NCBI GenBank assembly: GCA_046292385.1
Contig: JBKBRF010000003.1
Location: forward strand, 74,845-138,844
Direction of reading: 5' to 3'
DNA: 64,000 nt
Origin: Armatimonadota bacterium
GTDB taxonomy: Bacteria > Armatimonadota > SYMT01
Notes under the pieces: generated by a model
Seen by the model: the letters and a program-made list of their open reading frames with translations, nothing else
Told to the model about the DNA's origin: nothing
Databases searched by the model: none
Shown here: in pieces, positions 7,492 through 18,045 of the stretch
Layout of the letters: the number at the start of each line of letters is the position of its first letter
How positions within the stretch are numbered: the stretch's first letter is position 1
Program-made: the position numbers and the translations under genes

Positions 7492-10400
7492 ATGTGGATC
7501 TCATCTTTGGCTGCGGAGGCGGTGCGCCGCGGCGCCTCGCGTCTGCTCTGCGGCGGCCTGCTGATCGCCGCCCCGCTGGCCGCCGCGGGCTCCGCGGCGC
7601 AGACTTCCGGTGCTGCCGGCGCCCCGGCGCCGCGGCCGTCGCTCGAGACGCCGCCGGTAGCGTTTGAGCGGAACCGCGGCCAGACCGATCCGGAGGCACG
7701 CTTCGTCGCGCGGGGGAGCGGCCACACGCTTTACCTGACCCCGCGCGAGGCGGTGCTGCAGCTTCGCGCCGGGCCGCCGCGGCGAGAGGCCCCCAGCGCG
7801 GCTCCGCGGCCGTTCAGCAAGGTGGAGACGGCGACGCTCCGCTTCTCCCTGGCGGGTGGGGCCCGGAGCCCCCGTCTGACGGGAGTGGAGCCTCTTCCCG
7901 GGACAGTGCGATACGTCCGCCGGGGAGAGGCGGCGCCGATTACCGCGGAGACCTTCGCGGGGGTGCAGTACGAGGAGGTCTATCCGGGGATCGACCTCCA
8001 CTACTACGCCGCGGCGCGGCAGGTAGAGTACGACTTCGTGGTCGCTCCGGGCGCCGATCCCCGGCGGATCCAGTGGAGGATCGAGGGAGCGCGGTCAGCC
8101 TCTCTCGAGCGGGGCGACCTGCTCCTGCGGACCGCCGCGGGCACCCTGCGCCACACCCGGCCCGTCGCCTACCAGGAGATCGCAGGCGCCCCGAGGCCGA
8201 TCCGCTGCGACTACACCCTTACTTCCTCTCGGCCGGGAGAGACACGGGTCTCGTTCCGCGTGGGGGAGTACGACCGCTCCCGTCCCCTCGTGATCGACCC
8301 GGTCGTCATCTTCGCCACCCCGTTCGGCGGCACCGGTCAGGATACGGTCAACGGCGTGGCGGTGGACCGGACCGGCGCGAGCTACTTGACCGGGCAGACC
8401 GCGTCGCTCGACTTCCCGACGCGGAACCCGATCCAGGCGGAGAAGAGCGGCGTGTTCGGCCTCTTTGACGCCTTCGTGACGAAGATCAATCCGACCGGCA
8501 CCAGCTTGGTCTACTCCACCTACTTCGGCGGCACGTCGGACGACAGCGGACAGAAGATCGAGGTCGATGCCGCGGGGGCCGCCTACGTGGTCGGCACCAC
8601 CACGTCGAACGACTTTCCGGTGACGCCGCGGGTGGCCGACCGCAGCTACAACGGGCTGGAGGACGTCTTCGTGCTGAAGCTCGACCCGACGGGAACGGAC
8701 GTGGAGTACTCCACCTACCTGGGCGGCTCCCGCAGCGACGTCGGGCTCGGGATCGCCGTCGATGCAAACGGGTTGGCTCACGTGGTCGGCTCCACCGAAT
8801 CGCTCAACTTCCCGATCGGTGGGCGCTCCTTCGACCGCTCTCAGAACGGCCTGTCGGACGCGTTCCTGGTCCGGTTGAGCGCCGATGGGCGGACGGTGGA
8901 TCTCGGCACCTTCCTGGGCGGCGACGGGTTCGACGTCGCCCGGGGGGTTGCGCTCGACGCCGACGGCGCGATCTACCTGGCCGGCGGCACCGACTCGTTG
9001 AACTTCCCCACCACCTCCGGCGCGTTCGACCGCACCCGCGGTGGGATCCGGGATGCGTTCGCGGCGAAGCTGTCCCGCGGCGGCGGCTCGCTGGTGTACA
9101 GCACCTTCGTCGGCGGGTCGGCGAACGACGAGGCGTATGACGTGGCGGTGACCCCGGCCGGGGTGGCATGCCTGACGGGGGAGACCCGCTCGCTCGATTT
9201 CCCCACCACCTCGGGCGGCTTCGACCGGACCGGCAACTTCCCCACGCGGGATGCGTTCGTGGCCTGCCTCGCCCGCAATGGGGCCAGCCTGACTTACGGC
9301 ACCTACCTCGGCGGCGTGGGCGACGACGTGGGGACGGGCATCGACCTCGACCCCGCGGGCCGGCTCTACGTGGCCGGGTTCACCGCGTCGGTCGACTTCC
9401 CGCTGAGAGAGCCGGTCGACGTGGAGAACGGCGGTCTCTACGATGCCTTCGCCGCGAGCTTCGCTCCCGGCGCCACGGGAACCGCCTCACTCCTCTATTC
9501 CACCTACTTCGGCGGCAGCGCCGACGACGCTGCGTTCGACGTGGCGGTCGACGAGAACGGCAGCGCCTACCTCGCCGGCGAGACCTTTTCCTTCGACTTC
9601 CCGCGCGTCGAGCCGCTGCAGTCCGCTCTGCGGGGGGTTCGCGACGGGTTCCTGGTCAAGTTGGCGATCCTGCCGGGTCTCTCCGCGCCGAGAGACCTGA
9701 CGGCGACGGCGGTTTCGGCTACGGAGGTCGAGCTCAACTGGGTCGACCAGAGCGCCGGGGAGAGCGGCTTCGAGATCGAGCGGCGCACGGAGACGACCGG
9801 CTTCACCCGGATTGCCACCACGGCCGCCAACGTGGAGCGCTTCCGGGACACCGGGCTGACGCCGGGTGTCCGCTACACCTACCGGGTGCGGGCGGTGGGA
9901 CTGCGCGCCACCTCCGCCTACTCGAACGAGGCGTCCGTCGAGACCGCGTCCGGACCGCCCTCCGCGCCGGATCAGCTCCAGGCGGAGGCGGTGTCCAGCA
10001 CCTCGATTTCGCTCACCTGGCGGGACACCAGCGCCAACGAGAGCGGCTTCCGGATCGAGCGGAAGACCGGGAACGGGAGCTTCACCCAGGTGGCGACGGT
10101 CGACGCGAACGTCACTTCCTACCTCGACACCGGGCTGTCGCCTGGCACGCGGTACACGTACCGGGTGCGCGCGGTGAACGCGGCCGGAAGCTCGGCCTTC
10201 TCCAACGAGGCCTCCGCCACCACGTCGTCCGCGCCTCCGCCCGCCCCGGACCGGCTCGCCGCGAGGGCGCTCAGCAGCCGGAGGGTCGAGCTGACCTGGC
10301 GGGACCGCAGCACCAACGAGGAGAGCTTCGAGGTGGAGCGCCGGCTGGAGAACGGCACGTTCCAGCGGGTCGCCGTGCTGCCCCCGAACACCACGCGCTA

Positions 10401-11673
10401 CGAGGACCAGGGGCTGGAGCCGGAGACGGTCTACTTCTACCGGGTGCGCGCGGTGAACGCGGGTGGGCCCTCGGCCTACACGGATGAGGTCCGCGTGGAG
10501 ACCCTGTCGCCTCCGCCGCCGCCGGCGGCGCCGGAGGGGCTTGCCGCCGCGCCCCAGGGCTTCTTCCAGATCAACCTGCAGTGGCTGGACCGCAGCACCA
10601 ACGAAGAGCAGTTCGAGATCGAGCGGCGCACGGCCGGCGGAGCGTTCGCGCGAGTGGCCACGGTGCCGGCGAACACCACGACCTTCGCCGACACGATGCT
10701 CCAGCCGGGCACCCTCTACTTCTACCGGGTGCGGGCGGTCAATGAGGGCGGAGAGTCGGCCTACTCCAACGTGGCGCAGGCTTCCACTGCCCCGCTGCCC
10801 CCGCCGCCCGCCGCGCCGGCCGGGCTGGATTGCGAGGTGCCTTCCACCTCGCAGGTCCGCCTCACCTGGCAGGACCGCAGCAACAACGAGGAGCGCTTCG
10901 TGATCCAGCGCCGGACCGGCACCGGAGCGTTCCAGCAGGTGGGGCAGGTCGCCGCCAACACCACCAGCTTCACCGACAGCGGGCTGGAGCCGAACACCCG
11001 GTACTTCTACCGGGTGGCGGCGGAGAACGCGGGCGGCACCTCCGCCTTCTCGGAGGTATGCGAGGCGCTGACGCTGCCTGCGGCCGCGACCAACCTGACC
11101 GGCGCCGCGCAGGGTCCGGACCGGATCGCGCTGATCTGGGTCGACAACAACCCCGGCAACGTGGCCTACCGGGTGGAGCGGTCGGAGGACGGCGGTGCCA
11201 CCTTCCGCGTGGTCGGGGAGACCGCGCCGGGAGCGGTGACGTTCGAAGACACCGGGCTCCAGGAGGGGACCACCTACCGCTACCGGGTGCAGGCGGTGAA
11301 CGCCTCCGGCACCTCCGGCTACTCCAACATCGTCTCGATCGCCACCCTGCCGCCGGCCGGCGGGAGCCTGCGGGTGGCCACACGGGTCAACTTCGGTCGC
11401 GTGCGGGTGGGGCGGAGCAAGACGGTTCGGCTGCTGGTGCGCAACGTCAGCCGCAGCGAGAGCCTTTCGATCTCGACGGAGCTGGAGGAGGGACCGTTCT
11501 CCGTGCTGGACGGCGGCACCGCGACGATCCCCCCGAACGGGCGCCACCGGATCACGCTCGTCTTCCGGCCGCAGACCCGCGGTCGCCAGCAGCGGACCCT
11601 CCTGCTCCGGAGCTCCGATCCGTCGCGCGCGGAGACCGCCGTCCGGCTTCGCGGGAACGGCGTAAGACGCTGA
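7492..11673 (+). CDS. Secreted SBBP beta-propeller + 6x fibronectin type III + C-terminal Ig-like (ASH-like) surface protein
   Basis: Signal-like N-terminus, FERNRGQ, LVIDP, repeated YSTYLGG/DAFV units, six W.D.S.NE..F.IER...Y.YRVRAVN repeats, and a VNFGRVRVG tail. Confidence 0.88.
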   Translation: MWISSLAAEAVRRGASRLLCGGLLIAAPLAAAGSAAQTSGAAGAPAPRPSLETPPVAFERNRGQTDPEARFVARGSGHTLYLTPREAVLQLRAGPPRREAPSAAPRPFSKVETATLRFSLAGGARSPRLTGVEPLPGTVRYVRRGEAAPITAETFAGVQYEEVYPGIDLHYYAAARQVEYDFVVAPGADPRRIQWRIEGARSASLERGDLLLRTAAGTLRHTRPVAYQEIAGAPRPIRCDYTLTSSRPGETRVSFRVGEYDRSRPLVIDPVVIFATPFGGTGQDTVNGVAVDRTGASYLTGQTASLDFPTRNPIQAEKSGVFGLFDAFVTKINPTGTSLVYSTYFGGTSDDSGQKIEVDAAGAAYVVGTTTSNDFPVTPRVADRSYNGLEDVFVLKLDPTGTDVEYSTYLGGSRSDVGLGIAVDANGLAHVVGSTESLNFPIGGRSFDRSQNGLSDAFLVRLSADGRTVDLGTFLGGDGFDVARGVALDADGAIYLAGGTDSLNFPTTSGAFDRTRGGIRDAFAAKLSRGGGSLVYSTFVGGSANDEAYDVAVTPAGVACLTGETRSLDFPTTSGGFDRTGNFPTRDAFVACLARNGASLTYGTYLGGVGDDVGTGIDLDPAGRLYVAGFTASVDFPLREPVDVENGGLYDAFAASFAPGATGTASLLYSTYFGGSADDAAFDVAVDENGSAYLAGETFSFDFPRVEPLQSALRGVRDGFLVKLAILPGLSAPRDLTATAVSATEVELNWVDQSAGESGFEIERRTETTGFTRIATTAANVERFRDTGLTPGVRYTYRVRAVGLRATSAYSNEASVETASGPPSAPDQLQAEAVSSTSISLTWRDTSANESGFRIERKTGNGSFTQVATVDANVTSYLDTGLSPGTRYTYRVRAVNAAGSSAFSNEASATTSSAPPPAPDRLAARALSSRRVELTWRDRSTNEESFEVERRLENGTFQRVAVLPPNTTRYEDQGLEPETVYFYRVRAVNAGGPSAYTDEVRVETLSPPPPPAAPEGLAAAPQGFFQINLQWLDRSTNEEQFEIERRTAGGAFARVATVPANTTTFADTMLQPGTLYFYRVRAVNEGGESAYSNVAQASTAPLPPPPAAPAGLDCEVPSTSQVRLTWQDRSNNEERFVIQRRTGTGAFQQVGQVAANTTSFTDSGLEPNTRYFYRVAAENAGGTSAFSEVCEALTLPAAATNLTGAAQGPDRIALIWVDNNPGNVAYRVERSEDGGATFRVVGETAPGAVTFEDTGLQEGTTYRYRVQAVNASGTSGYSNIVSIATLPPAGGSLRVATRVNFGRVRVGRSKTVRLLVRNVSRSESLSISTELEEGPFSVLDGGTATIPPNGRHRITLVFRPQTRGRQQRTLLLRSSDPSRAETAVRLRGNGVRR

Positions 11674-12145
11674 GTTCTGGAATTCTTTTGGAGACGCGTT
11701 ATGAAGAAAATAGGGTGTCAAGGGGTCCGTGTCCGGTAAGTCTGGGCCTGTGCCGCGACCCGGTGAGTGGTCCGGAGCTCTCGCAGCCCGGAGGACCCCT
11801 CCCTCCCATGCGAGACCGTACTCCATGCGGAGCAACCGTACGGGGGCGGCGATCTCGGTACCCCGCCCGGGGCTGCCGCGGCACACTGCCGGCGGGCAGG
11901 TACGACTTCCGGAAGCCGAAAGAGCGGCGGCTAGGAGGAAGCGTGCTTGCCCGCCGGATGCGCGCGTACCACGGGTCCGGTGCCCCCGCTTTCGTCCGCA
12001 GACTTTCCGCACCGCTTGCAAGCTTAGACCGGGTATGCTTAGCATGGAAGCCTACTAGTGGCCTCTCTCCAGCCGAGCTCTGCACGATGGTAGTACGGGT
12101 CCCGGCGCCCGTGCCTGCCGGCGAAAGGCACAGGCCAGGGACCAG

Positions 12146-13828
12146 ATGAGATTTCAGCCCGAGGAGCTACTGGAGAGCATCAGCGAGGCTTTCTACGCGC
12201 TGGACTCCGAGGGGCGATTCACCTACGTCAACGGCCAGGCCGCGGAGCTGTGGCAGTGCTCCCCCGCCGACCTCCTGGGGAAGAGCATTCATGACGTGTT
12301 TCCGTCGCTCCGGGATTCCGAGGTGTATCAGGCCTACCAGGAAGCGCTGCAGGGTGGCGAGCCGGTCTCCCGGGAGTGCCCGTCCCCCACGCGGAAGGGC
12401 TGGATTGCGCTGACCGTCCGGCCGCACGCGGAAGGGCTGATGGTCTTCTTCCGGGACATCGCCGGGCCTCGCCAGATGGCCGCGGACCTGCAGGAGCACG
12501 TGGAGCGGCTGAAGCAGCTGAACTCGCTCTGCCGGGAAGGCGTGATCGTCCACAACGACCACCAGGTCCTCGACGTGAACGAGAGCTTCCTGCGGATGCT
12601 CGGCTTCAGCTACGAGGAGGCGCTGGGGCTCCGGGACCTTGGCTTCGTAGCGCCCGAGTGCCGGCAGGAGGTGGCGGAGCGGGTGCGGACCGACTTCGAG
12701 GGAGCCTACGAGACGATCGCCGTGCGCAAGGATGGCAGCCGTATCCCGGTGGAGGTGCACAGCCGGCGCTGCGTCTTCCACGGCGAGCCGGCGCGGGTAA
12801 CGACCCTCTGGAATCTCTCCACCGTCCGCCAGGCGGAACAGGAGCGGCTGCGGCTGATGGCACAGCTCGAGGCGGTGCTGGAGCAGCTTCCCGCGGGAGT
12901 GATCATCACCGATCCGGTGGGCGGCATCCTGCGGGCCAACGAATTCGCCCTCCGCCTCTTCGGGGCCGAGTTCCGGTATTCCCGCTCCGTGGAAGAGTAC
13001 GAGGAGTGGCACCCCCACCGGGCGGACGGCACCCCCTATCGCCCGGAGGAAGTGCCGATCGCCCGCGCGCTCCGGACCGGTGAGATCGTCGCCGGCGAGG
13101 AGATGCGGATCCCACTCGCCGACGGCTCCTGGCGGCACCTGAGCATCAACGCCGCCCCGATCCGGGATGCCAGGGGGGAGATCGTGGCGGGCGTGATCAC
13201 CATCGACGACCTTTCCGAGCGCAAGCACGCGGAGCAGTTGGAGCTGGCGATCCGGGAAGCGCACCACCGGATCAAGAACAACCTGCAGGCGATTACCGAC
13301 CTGCTCTCCCTGGAGCTCTTCTCCGCCCGCACGCGGGAAGTCGCCGACCCGCTGCGAGAGAGCATGGAGCGCGTGCAGGCGATTGCAGTGGTCCACGACC
13401 TCCTCTCCCGGGAGAACGTGGAGATGGTGAACGTCCCGCAGCTCGCGGAGAAGCTGATCCGGTCGCTCGTGCCGACCAATCTGCCCGGCGGGCCGGTGGA
13501 GGTGCTCATCGAGATTCCGCCGCTGGAGCTCCCCTCCCGCCAGGCGACGGCGCTGGCGCTGATCCTGAACGAGCTCCTGAGCAACGCCTTCAAGTACGCG
13601 CTCTCCGGCGGGCGGCGAGAGCTCGTCGTCCGGCTCACCGTCACGCGCGAGGAGATCTGCCTGATGGTCCGCGACTACGGCCCGGGCCTGCCGCCCGGCT
13701 TCGACCTGGAGCGCCACGCCGACGTGGGGCTCCAGATGGTCCAGGGGTTGACGGAGAGCAACCTGGGCGGGACCCTGGCTCTCCAGAGTCGCGACGGGCT
13801 CATCGCAGAAGTCCGCTTTCCCCGCTGA
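12146..13828 (+). CDS. PAS-domain sensor histidine kinase (HisKA_2 type)
   Basis: Three PAS-like domains, H-box EAHHRIKNNLQ, NELLSNAFKYA and DYGPGLP. Confidence 0.9.
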   Translation: MRFQPEELLESISEAFYALDSEGRFTYVNGQAAELWQCSPADLLGKSIHDVFPSLRDSEVYQAYQEALQGGEPVSRECPSPTRKGWIALTVRPHAEGLMVFFRDIAGPRQMAADLQEHVERLKQLNSLCREGVIVHNDHQVLDVNESFLRMLGFSYEEALGLRDLGFVAPECRQEVAERVRTDFEGAYETIAVRKDGSRIPVEVHSRRCVFHGEPARVTTLWNLSTVRQAEQERLRLMAQLEAVLEQLPAGVIITDPVGGILRANEFALRLFGAEFRYSRSVEEYEEWHPHRADGTPYRPEEVPIARALRTGEIVAGEEMRIPLADGSWRHLSINAAPIRDARGEIVAGVITIDDLSERKHAEQLELAIREAHHRIKNNLQAITDLLSLELFSARTREVADPLRESMERVQAIAVVHDLLSRENVEMVNVPQLAEKLIRSLVPTNLPGGPVEVLIEIPPLELPSRQATALALILNELLSNAFKYALSGGRRELVVRLTVTREEICLMVRDYGPGLPPGFDLERHADVGLQMVQGLTESNLGGTLALQSRDGLIAEVRFPR

Positions 13829-13937
13829 AGGGCTAGGGTGGGCGCCTTGAAGACCGCCTCCGGCCGGCCGGACGCAGAAAACGCACGGAGCGATGCCCCG
13901 TGCGCCTCACGCGTCTCCCGTTTCCTCTGGGGGGTGG

Positions 13938-14132
13938 TCAGTCGGTAAACTCCCCACCTTCCCGCGCCCGCTGGCGGATCAGCGCCCGCAGCAAGATCCC
14001 CAGCTCATACTCGCTCAGCCCCAGCGCGTGCCCTGCGGCCTCGGTCCGGGTCTGCCCCCTCAGGACCTCTTCCAGCAGCGGCTCCAGGTGTCCTGGCACT
14101 CGCAGGTCCGCCCGTCCTTCTTCCCCCGTCAT
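13938..14132 (-). CDS. Small hypothetical protein (possible HTH-like)
   Basis: 64-aa ORF containing EAAGHALGLSEYEL; plausible coding composition. Confidence 0.35.
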   Translation of the reverse strand: MTGEEGRADLRVPGHLEPLLEEVLRGQTRTEAAGHALGLSEYELGILLRALIRQRAREGGEFTD

Positions 14133-14562
14133 CCCGTCACCTACCGTTTCTGAAGGGTGGTAGAGGCAAGCCAGCGCCCACCGCGCTTCCTTCAGACACC
14201 GCGGGCGCGGGTCGCTGCCCGCGCCACCTTGCTTTGTTTCTTCTCGCCGCTGCGAAAGCAGCATACGGCGAATTGTGCCCGCTACCCGGCCGGCCCAAAC
14301 GCGTCAGGATTCCCGCCGAGGCCGCGGGAAGCCGGCGGCCTGCGAACGGATGGGAGCAACATTCCGCCTAGCGGCGTGCGTCCTCAGAATTCCCGGCTTT
14401 CACCATCTCGCGCGGGTAGTTCCACGGTTTTCTGCACAACACCGTCGCTCCGAGGAAGGGAGGACGCACCGCGCCTCGAATGTAAATCGTACTATTCTAA
14501 TGGGCTCTCTTGTTTAGACGTACACATAACTCGCAGCCGCTGGGTATCGAAGTAACTGTCCC

Positions 14563-16371
14563 ATGCGTCGCCACGATGCGATCTCTGCCTCCGGCACTTC
14601 CGCGGGACTCTCTCTCCTCGTCCTGCGGGTCACGCGCTCGCTCCGAGCGCTCTGCTCCCACGCGTCAGTCGCCCTAGCGGCGCTGACGGCCGCGTCTGCA
14701 GGCTGCACGCCGGCCACCCCACCCTCGGCCCTCCAGCCGGTCCGTCTCGTCGAGCCCGTGCCACCCGCGTCGATCCGGTTCGAACGGATCACCGCCGCCG
14801 CGGGTCTACAGTTCCGGCACGAAGACGGCGGCACGGGGCAGAAGTACTTCGTGGAGGTGATGGGACCGGGCTGCGCGCTGTTCGATTACGATGGTGACGG
14901 CTGGCTGGATGCGTATCTGGTGAACGGCGGGGTTCTCCCCGGATTCAAAGGCGGCCGCCCGAAGAACCGCCTCTACCGGAACAACCAGGACGGCACCTTT
15001 TCCGAGGTGACCGCCAGGGCAGGAGTGGAGGGGACCGGATACGGCATCGGCTGCTGCGCCGGTGATTACGACAACGACGGACACACCGATCTCTACGTCA
15101 CCCAGTTCGGCGCGGCGAACGTGCTCTACCGGAACAACGGGGACGGGACCTTTACGGACGTGACGCGGCCGGCCGGCGTCACGGCGGGCGGGTTCAGCAG
15201 CGGTGCGGCGTTCGGAGACTACGACGCGGACGGCGACCTCGATCTGTACGTGGCGCGGTACGTGGAGTACGACCCTCTGACCAGCCCTCGCTGTTCCGGC
15301 CGTCTCGACGGCCAGCCGCAGCCGATTTACTGTATGCCGACTGCCTACGAAGGCGCCTCCGGCATTCTCTACCGCAACGAGGGAGACGGCCGTTTTCACG
15401 ACGTGACGAAAGCGGCCGGGATGGCCGTCAGCCCCGGCCGCAGCCTCGGCTGCCGCTGGGTCGACCTGGACGCGGACGGCGCGCTCGATCTCTACGTTGC
15501 CAACGACATGTCGGAGAACTTCCTCTTCCGGAACCTCGGCGGCGGGAAGTTCCGGGAGACCGCCTTCGAGGCCGGCGCCGCCGTCAGCAGCTCCGGGCGG
15601 TCCCAGGCCGGGATGGGGGTCGCGGCCGGCGACTGCGACGGAGACGGCCGCTTCGACCTCTTCGTCACCAACTTTACCGGGGAGTACACGGCCCTGTACC
15701 ACAACGACGGCGCCGGCTTCTTCCAGGAGACTTCCGCCACGGCCGGACTGATCGAGCCGACCCGCTCCGGCACCGGCTTCGGAGTGGCGCTAGAGGATCT
15801 GGATCTCGACGGCTGGCCGGATCTCTTCATCGTCAACGGGCACGTGACGGAAGACGTGGAGCGGTTCTACACCGGCGTTAGCCTGGCCCAGCCCAACGTG
15901 GTGCTCCGGAACCGGCAAGGAGCCGGGTTCGAGCCGGTGGCAGATCCCGGTCCGGAAGTCCTGACCCCACGCGTGCACCGAGGGCTGGCAGTGGGGGACA
16001 TCGACAACGACGGCCGGATCGACGCGCTCGTCAGCAACTGGCGCGGCGAGCCGGATCTCTTTCGGAACACCGGCGAGCTTCCGCACCACTACCTCACCCT
16101 GAAGCTGCGCGGAACCCGCTCCAACCGCGATGCGATTGGAGCACGGGTCACGGTCACCGCGGGAGGGCGAGAGCAGGTGCGGGAGGTGGCGAGCGGGGGC
16201 AGCTACTGCTCTCAGGGTGACTTCCGCCTGACGTTCGGTCTCGGTTTGCACGAAACGGCGGACCGGGTGGTGGTCCGCTGGCCGAATGGCCGCACGGAGG
16301 CACGCACCCGTCTGCAGGGCGATCGGATCGTTACCTGGACGGAGGGCGAGGCCGAGGAGGTACGCCAGTGA
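14563..16371 (+). CDS. CRTAC1 family protein (FG-GAP/VCBS repeats + ASPIC/UnbV)
   Basis: Multiple DYDxDGxxDL repeats, NRDAIGARV and GGSYCSQ...FGLG. Confidence 0.9.
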   Translation: MRRHDAISASGTSAGLSLLVLRVTRSLRALCSHASVALAALTAASAGCTPATPPSALQPVRLVEPVPPASIRFERITAAAGLQFRHEDGGTGQKYFVEVMGPGCALFDYDGDGWLDAYLVNGGVLPGFKGGRPKNRLYRNNQDGTFSEVTARAGVEGTGYGIGCCAGDYDNDGHTDLYVTQFGAANVLYRNNGDGTFTDVTRPAGVTAGGFSSGAAFGDYDADGDLDLYVARYVEYDPLTSPRCSGRLDGQPQPIYCMPTAYEGASGILYRNEGDGRFHDVTKAAGMAVSPGRSLGCRWVDLDADGALDLYVANDMSENFLFRNLGGGKFRETAFEAGAAVSSSGRSQAGMGVAAGDCDGDGRFDLFVTNFTGEYTALYHNDGAGFFQETSATAGLIEPTRSGTGFGVALEDLDLDGWPDLFIVNGHVTEDVERFYTGVSLAQPNVVLRNRQGAGFEPVADPGPEVLTPRVHRGLAVGDIDNDGRIDALVSNWRGEPDLFRNTGELPHHYLTLKLRGTRSNRDAIGARVTVTAGGREQVREVASGGSYCSQGDFRLTFGLGLHETADRVVVRWPNGRTEARTRLQGDRIVTWTEGEAEEVRQ

Positions 16372-17036
16372 TGCTGCGGAGAGTACGACCGGAAATGTGG
16401 CTCCTGGGAATTCTGGTAGTGATCGGGAGCGTCTTGGGCGGCGACATCCTGCTGCGGACGATGCCGCGCGCCCCCGCGAGCCCGGCGGGTCTGGTCGAGG
16501 CGACGGGCGCCGCGGCACGGTCGGGTCAGGCCGGCGTCCCGGAGATCACCAGGCCAGTGGGCAAGGGACTTCCGATCGGCTCGCTTGCCCCCGATTTTGA
16601 GCTGCCGGACCTGCAGGGTAAGGCGCATCATCTTTCGGAATTCCGGGGCAAGCCGGTGTTGATGGCATTCTACTGCGGCTGCGCCCGCTGCAATATGCTC
16701 GCGCAGATCCTGAGCACGGTGCTGGAAGAGATTCCGGGTGAGAAGCCGCACAACTTGGTCGTGACCTCCATCGATCCGGCCGCGCTGCCGCGCTGGTCGG
16801 AGAACGCCGGATTCGATGGCACGTTCCTGCTGGAGAAGCGGAACGGTTCGGTGGCGACCCAATACGACGGCGAGGCGTGCCCGCGGGTCTACGTGCTCGA
16901 CAAAGAGCTGCGGGTCCGGCATGTCACCCCCTCACCCGAGCTCGAGGCGGGCGCACAGATGATCCTGAACCCGCTGGCGAAGGCGCTCGGCTCCAAATGG
17001 AGGGTCAAAGGCCAGGCTCCCGGCGCGCCGGTGTGA
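16368..17036 (+). CDS. Membrane-anchored redoxin (AhpC/TSA-like)
   Basis: N-terminal TM segment, APDFELPDLQG, CGCARC and P-x-VYVLD; overlaps the upstream stop. Confidence 0.75.
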   Translation: MMLRRVRPEMWLLGILVVIGSVLGGDILLRTMPRAPASPAGLVEATGAAARSGQAGVPEITRPVGKGLPIGSLAPDFELPDLQGKAHHLSEFRGKPVLMAFYCGCARCNMLAQILSTVLEEIPGEKPHNLVVTSIDPAALPRWSENAGFDGTFLLEKRNGSVATQYDGEACPRVYVLDKELRVRHVTPSPELEAGAQMILNPLAKALGSKWRVKGQAPGAPV

Positions 17037-17156
17037 CCGGGGGTGCCGCTTGAAGTGCGGGCAGGGACGCGGACCCGGCGGGTGGACCCGGGGCAAGCGG
17101 CTGATGCGCTCGCCCCGGCTTCGGCAGAGGGTCTCTCGGCAGCAGCACGTGGGCCG

Positions 17157-17702
17157 CTAATAGAGCGAGAGGTCTTGCGGGCGCTCGTCGTCCAGAACCT
17201 CGGGGAGGGCCGTGATGCGCGGGCCGCCGTCCCGCCGCTCCACGCGGAACACCCCCCACTTGTCATTGGCAAACTGCACCACCGCACTGTAGAAGACCTG
17301 GTCGCCGCGGCGGCGCATCTCCAGGTCGATCTGCTTTGGATCTCCCGGGGGGACCAGGTCTTCCGGAGCGGCCGAACGCTGGCCGTTGAGCGTTTGATAG
17401 CGGATCGTCTCCACGTGACCGTTAGACGTCTTTTCCAGGGTGAACTGGTTTCGCGCGAGGGTCGTTTCGAGAGAGGCATTCTCTTTGGCATGGGCGCTTC
17501 GGATGAATTCCCGCACGACCTGTTTAGGGCTCTCCTGATCCCAGCCATGCAAGGCGACGTAACCTGTAATCTCTTCGTTCCAGTAGGCAAACGCGCCTAC
17601 TCCCACGGCGAGCACTACCGCCAGCAGCACGGCCGCGGGGGATACACCACGGGCCCGTGTCGGAGCGACAGCGACTTCAGTCTCATTCGGAGGGTTCTGC
17701 AT
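17157..17702 (-). CDS. Hypothetical single-TM protein
   Basis: AAGGAG RBS, hydrophobic segment AAVLLAVVLAVGVGAFAYW. Confidence 0.65.
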   Translation of the reverse strand: MQNPPNETEVAVAPTRARGVSPAAVLLAVVLAVGVGAFAYWNEEITGYVALHGWDQESPKQVVREFIRSAHAKENASLETTLARNQFTLEKTSNGHVETIRYQTLNGQRSAAPEDLVPPGDPKQIDLEMRRRGDQVFYSAVVQFANDKWGVFRVERRDGGPRITALPEVLDDERPQDLSLY

Positions 17703-18045
17703 CGGATCACTCCTTTTCGCAACTCGAGTTTTCAGACCCACTCGGCAGGAAACCGCGTTCACGCCGGTGGAACGACTGCTTGAGTGAGCTGGATTTCCAC
17801 ACGCCGAACGGTCGCTTGGTTAAGAATAACAATCCACGGATTCGACTGCCGCGGACGCGGCCTTATCGAGTTGAGATTGCTCCTGAAAACAGAGTGCCAG
17901 TGATCTGGAACTTTCCAGGACTCCGGTTATTCAAGCGTTACTTCAGTGGGAAACGATCTCCTTCTAAAGTCTTTCTGAAGCCCTTTTCCGGCTGGGATGA
18001 TTCACGCCGCGAAGGCCTATCGCTCCACCCGTTTAGGAGAAGGTT

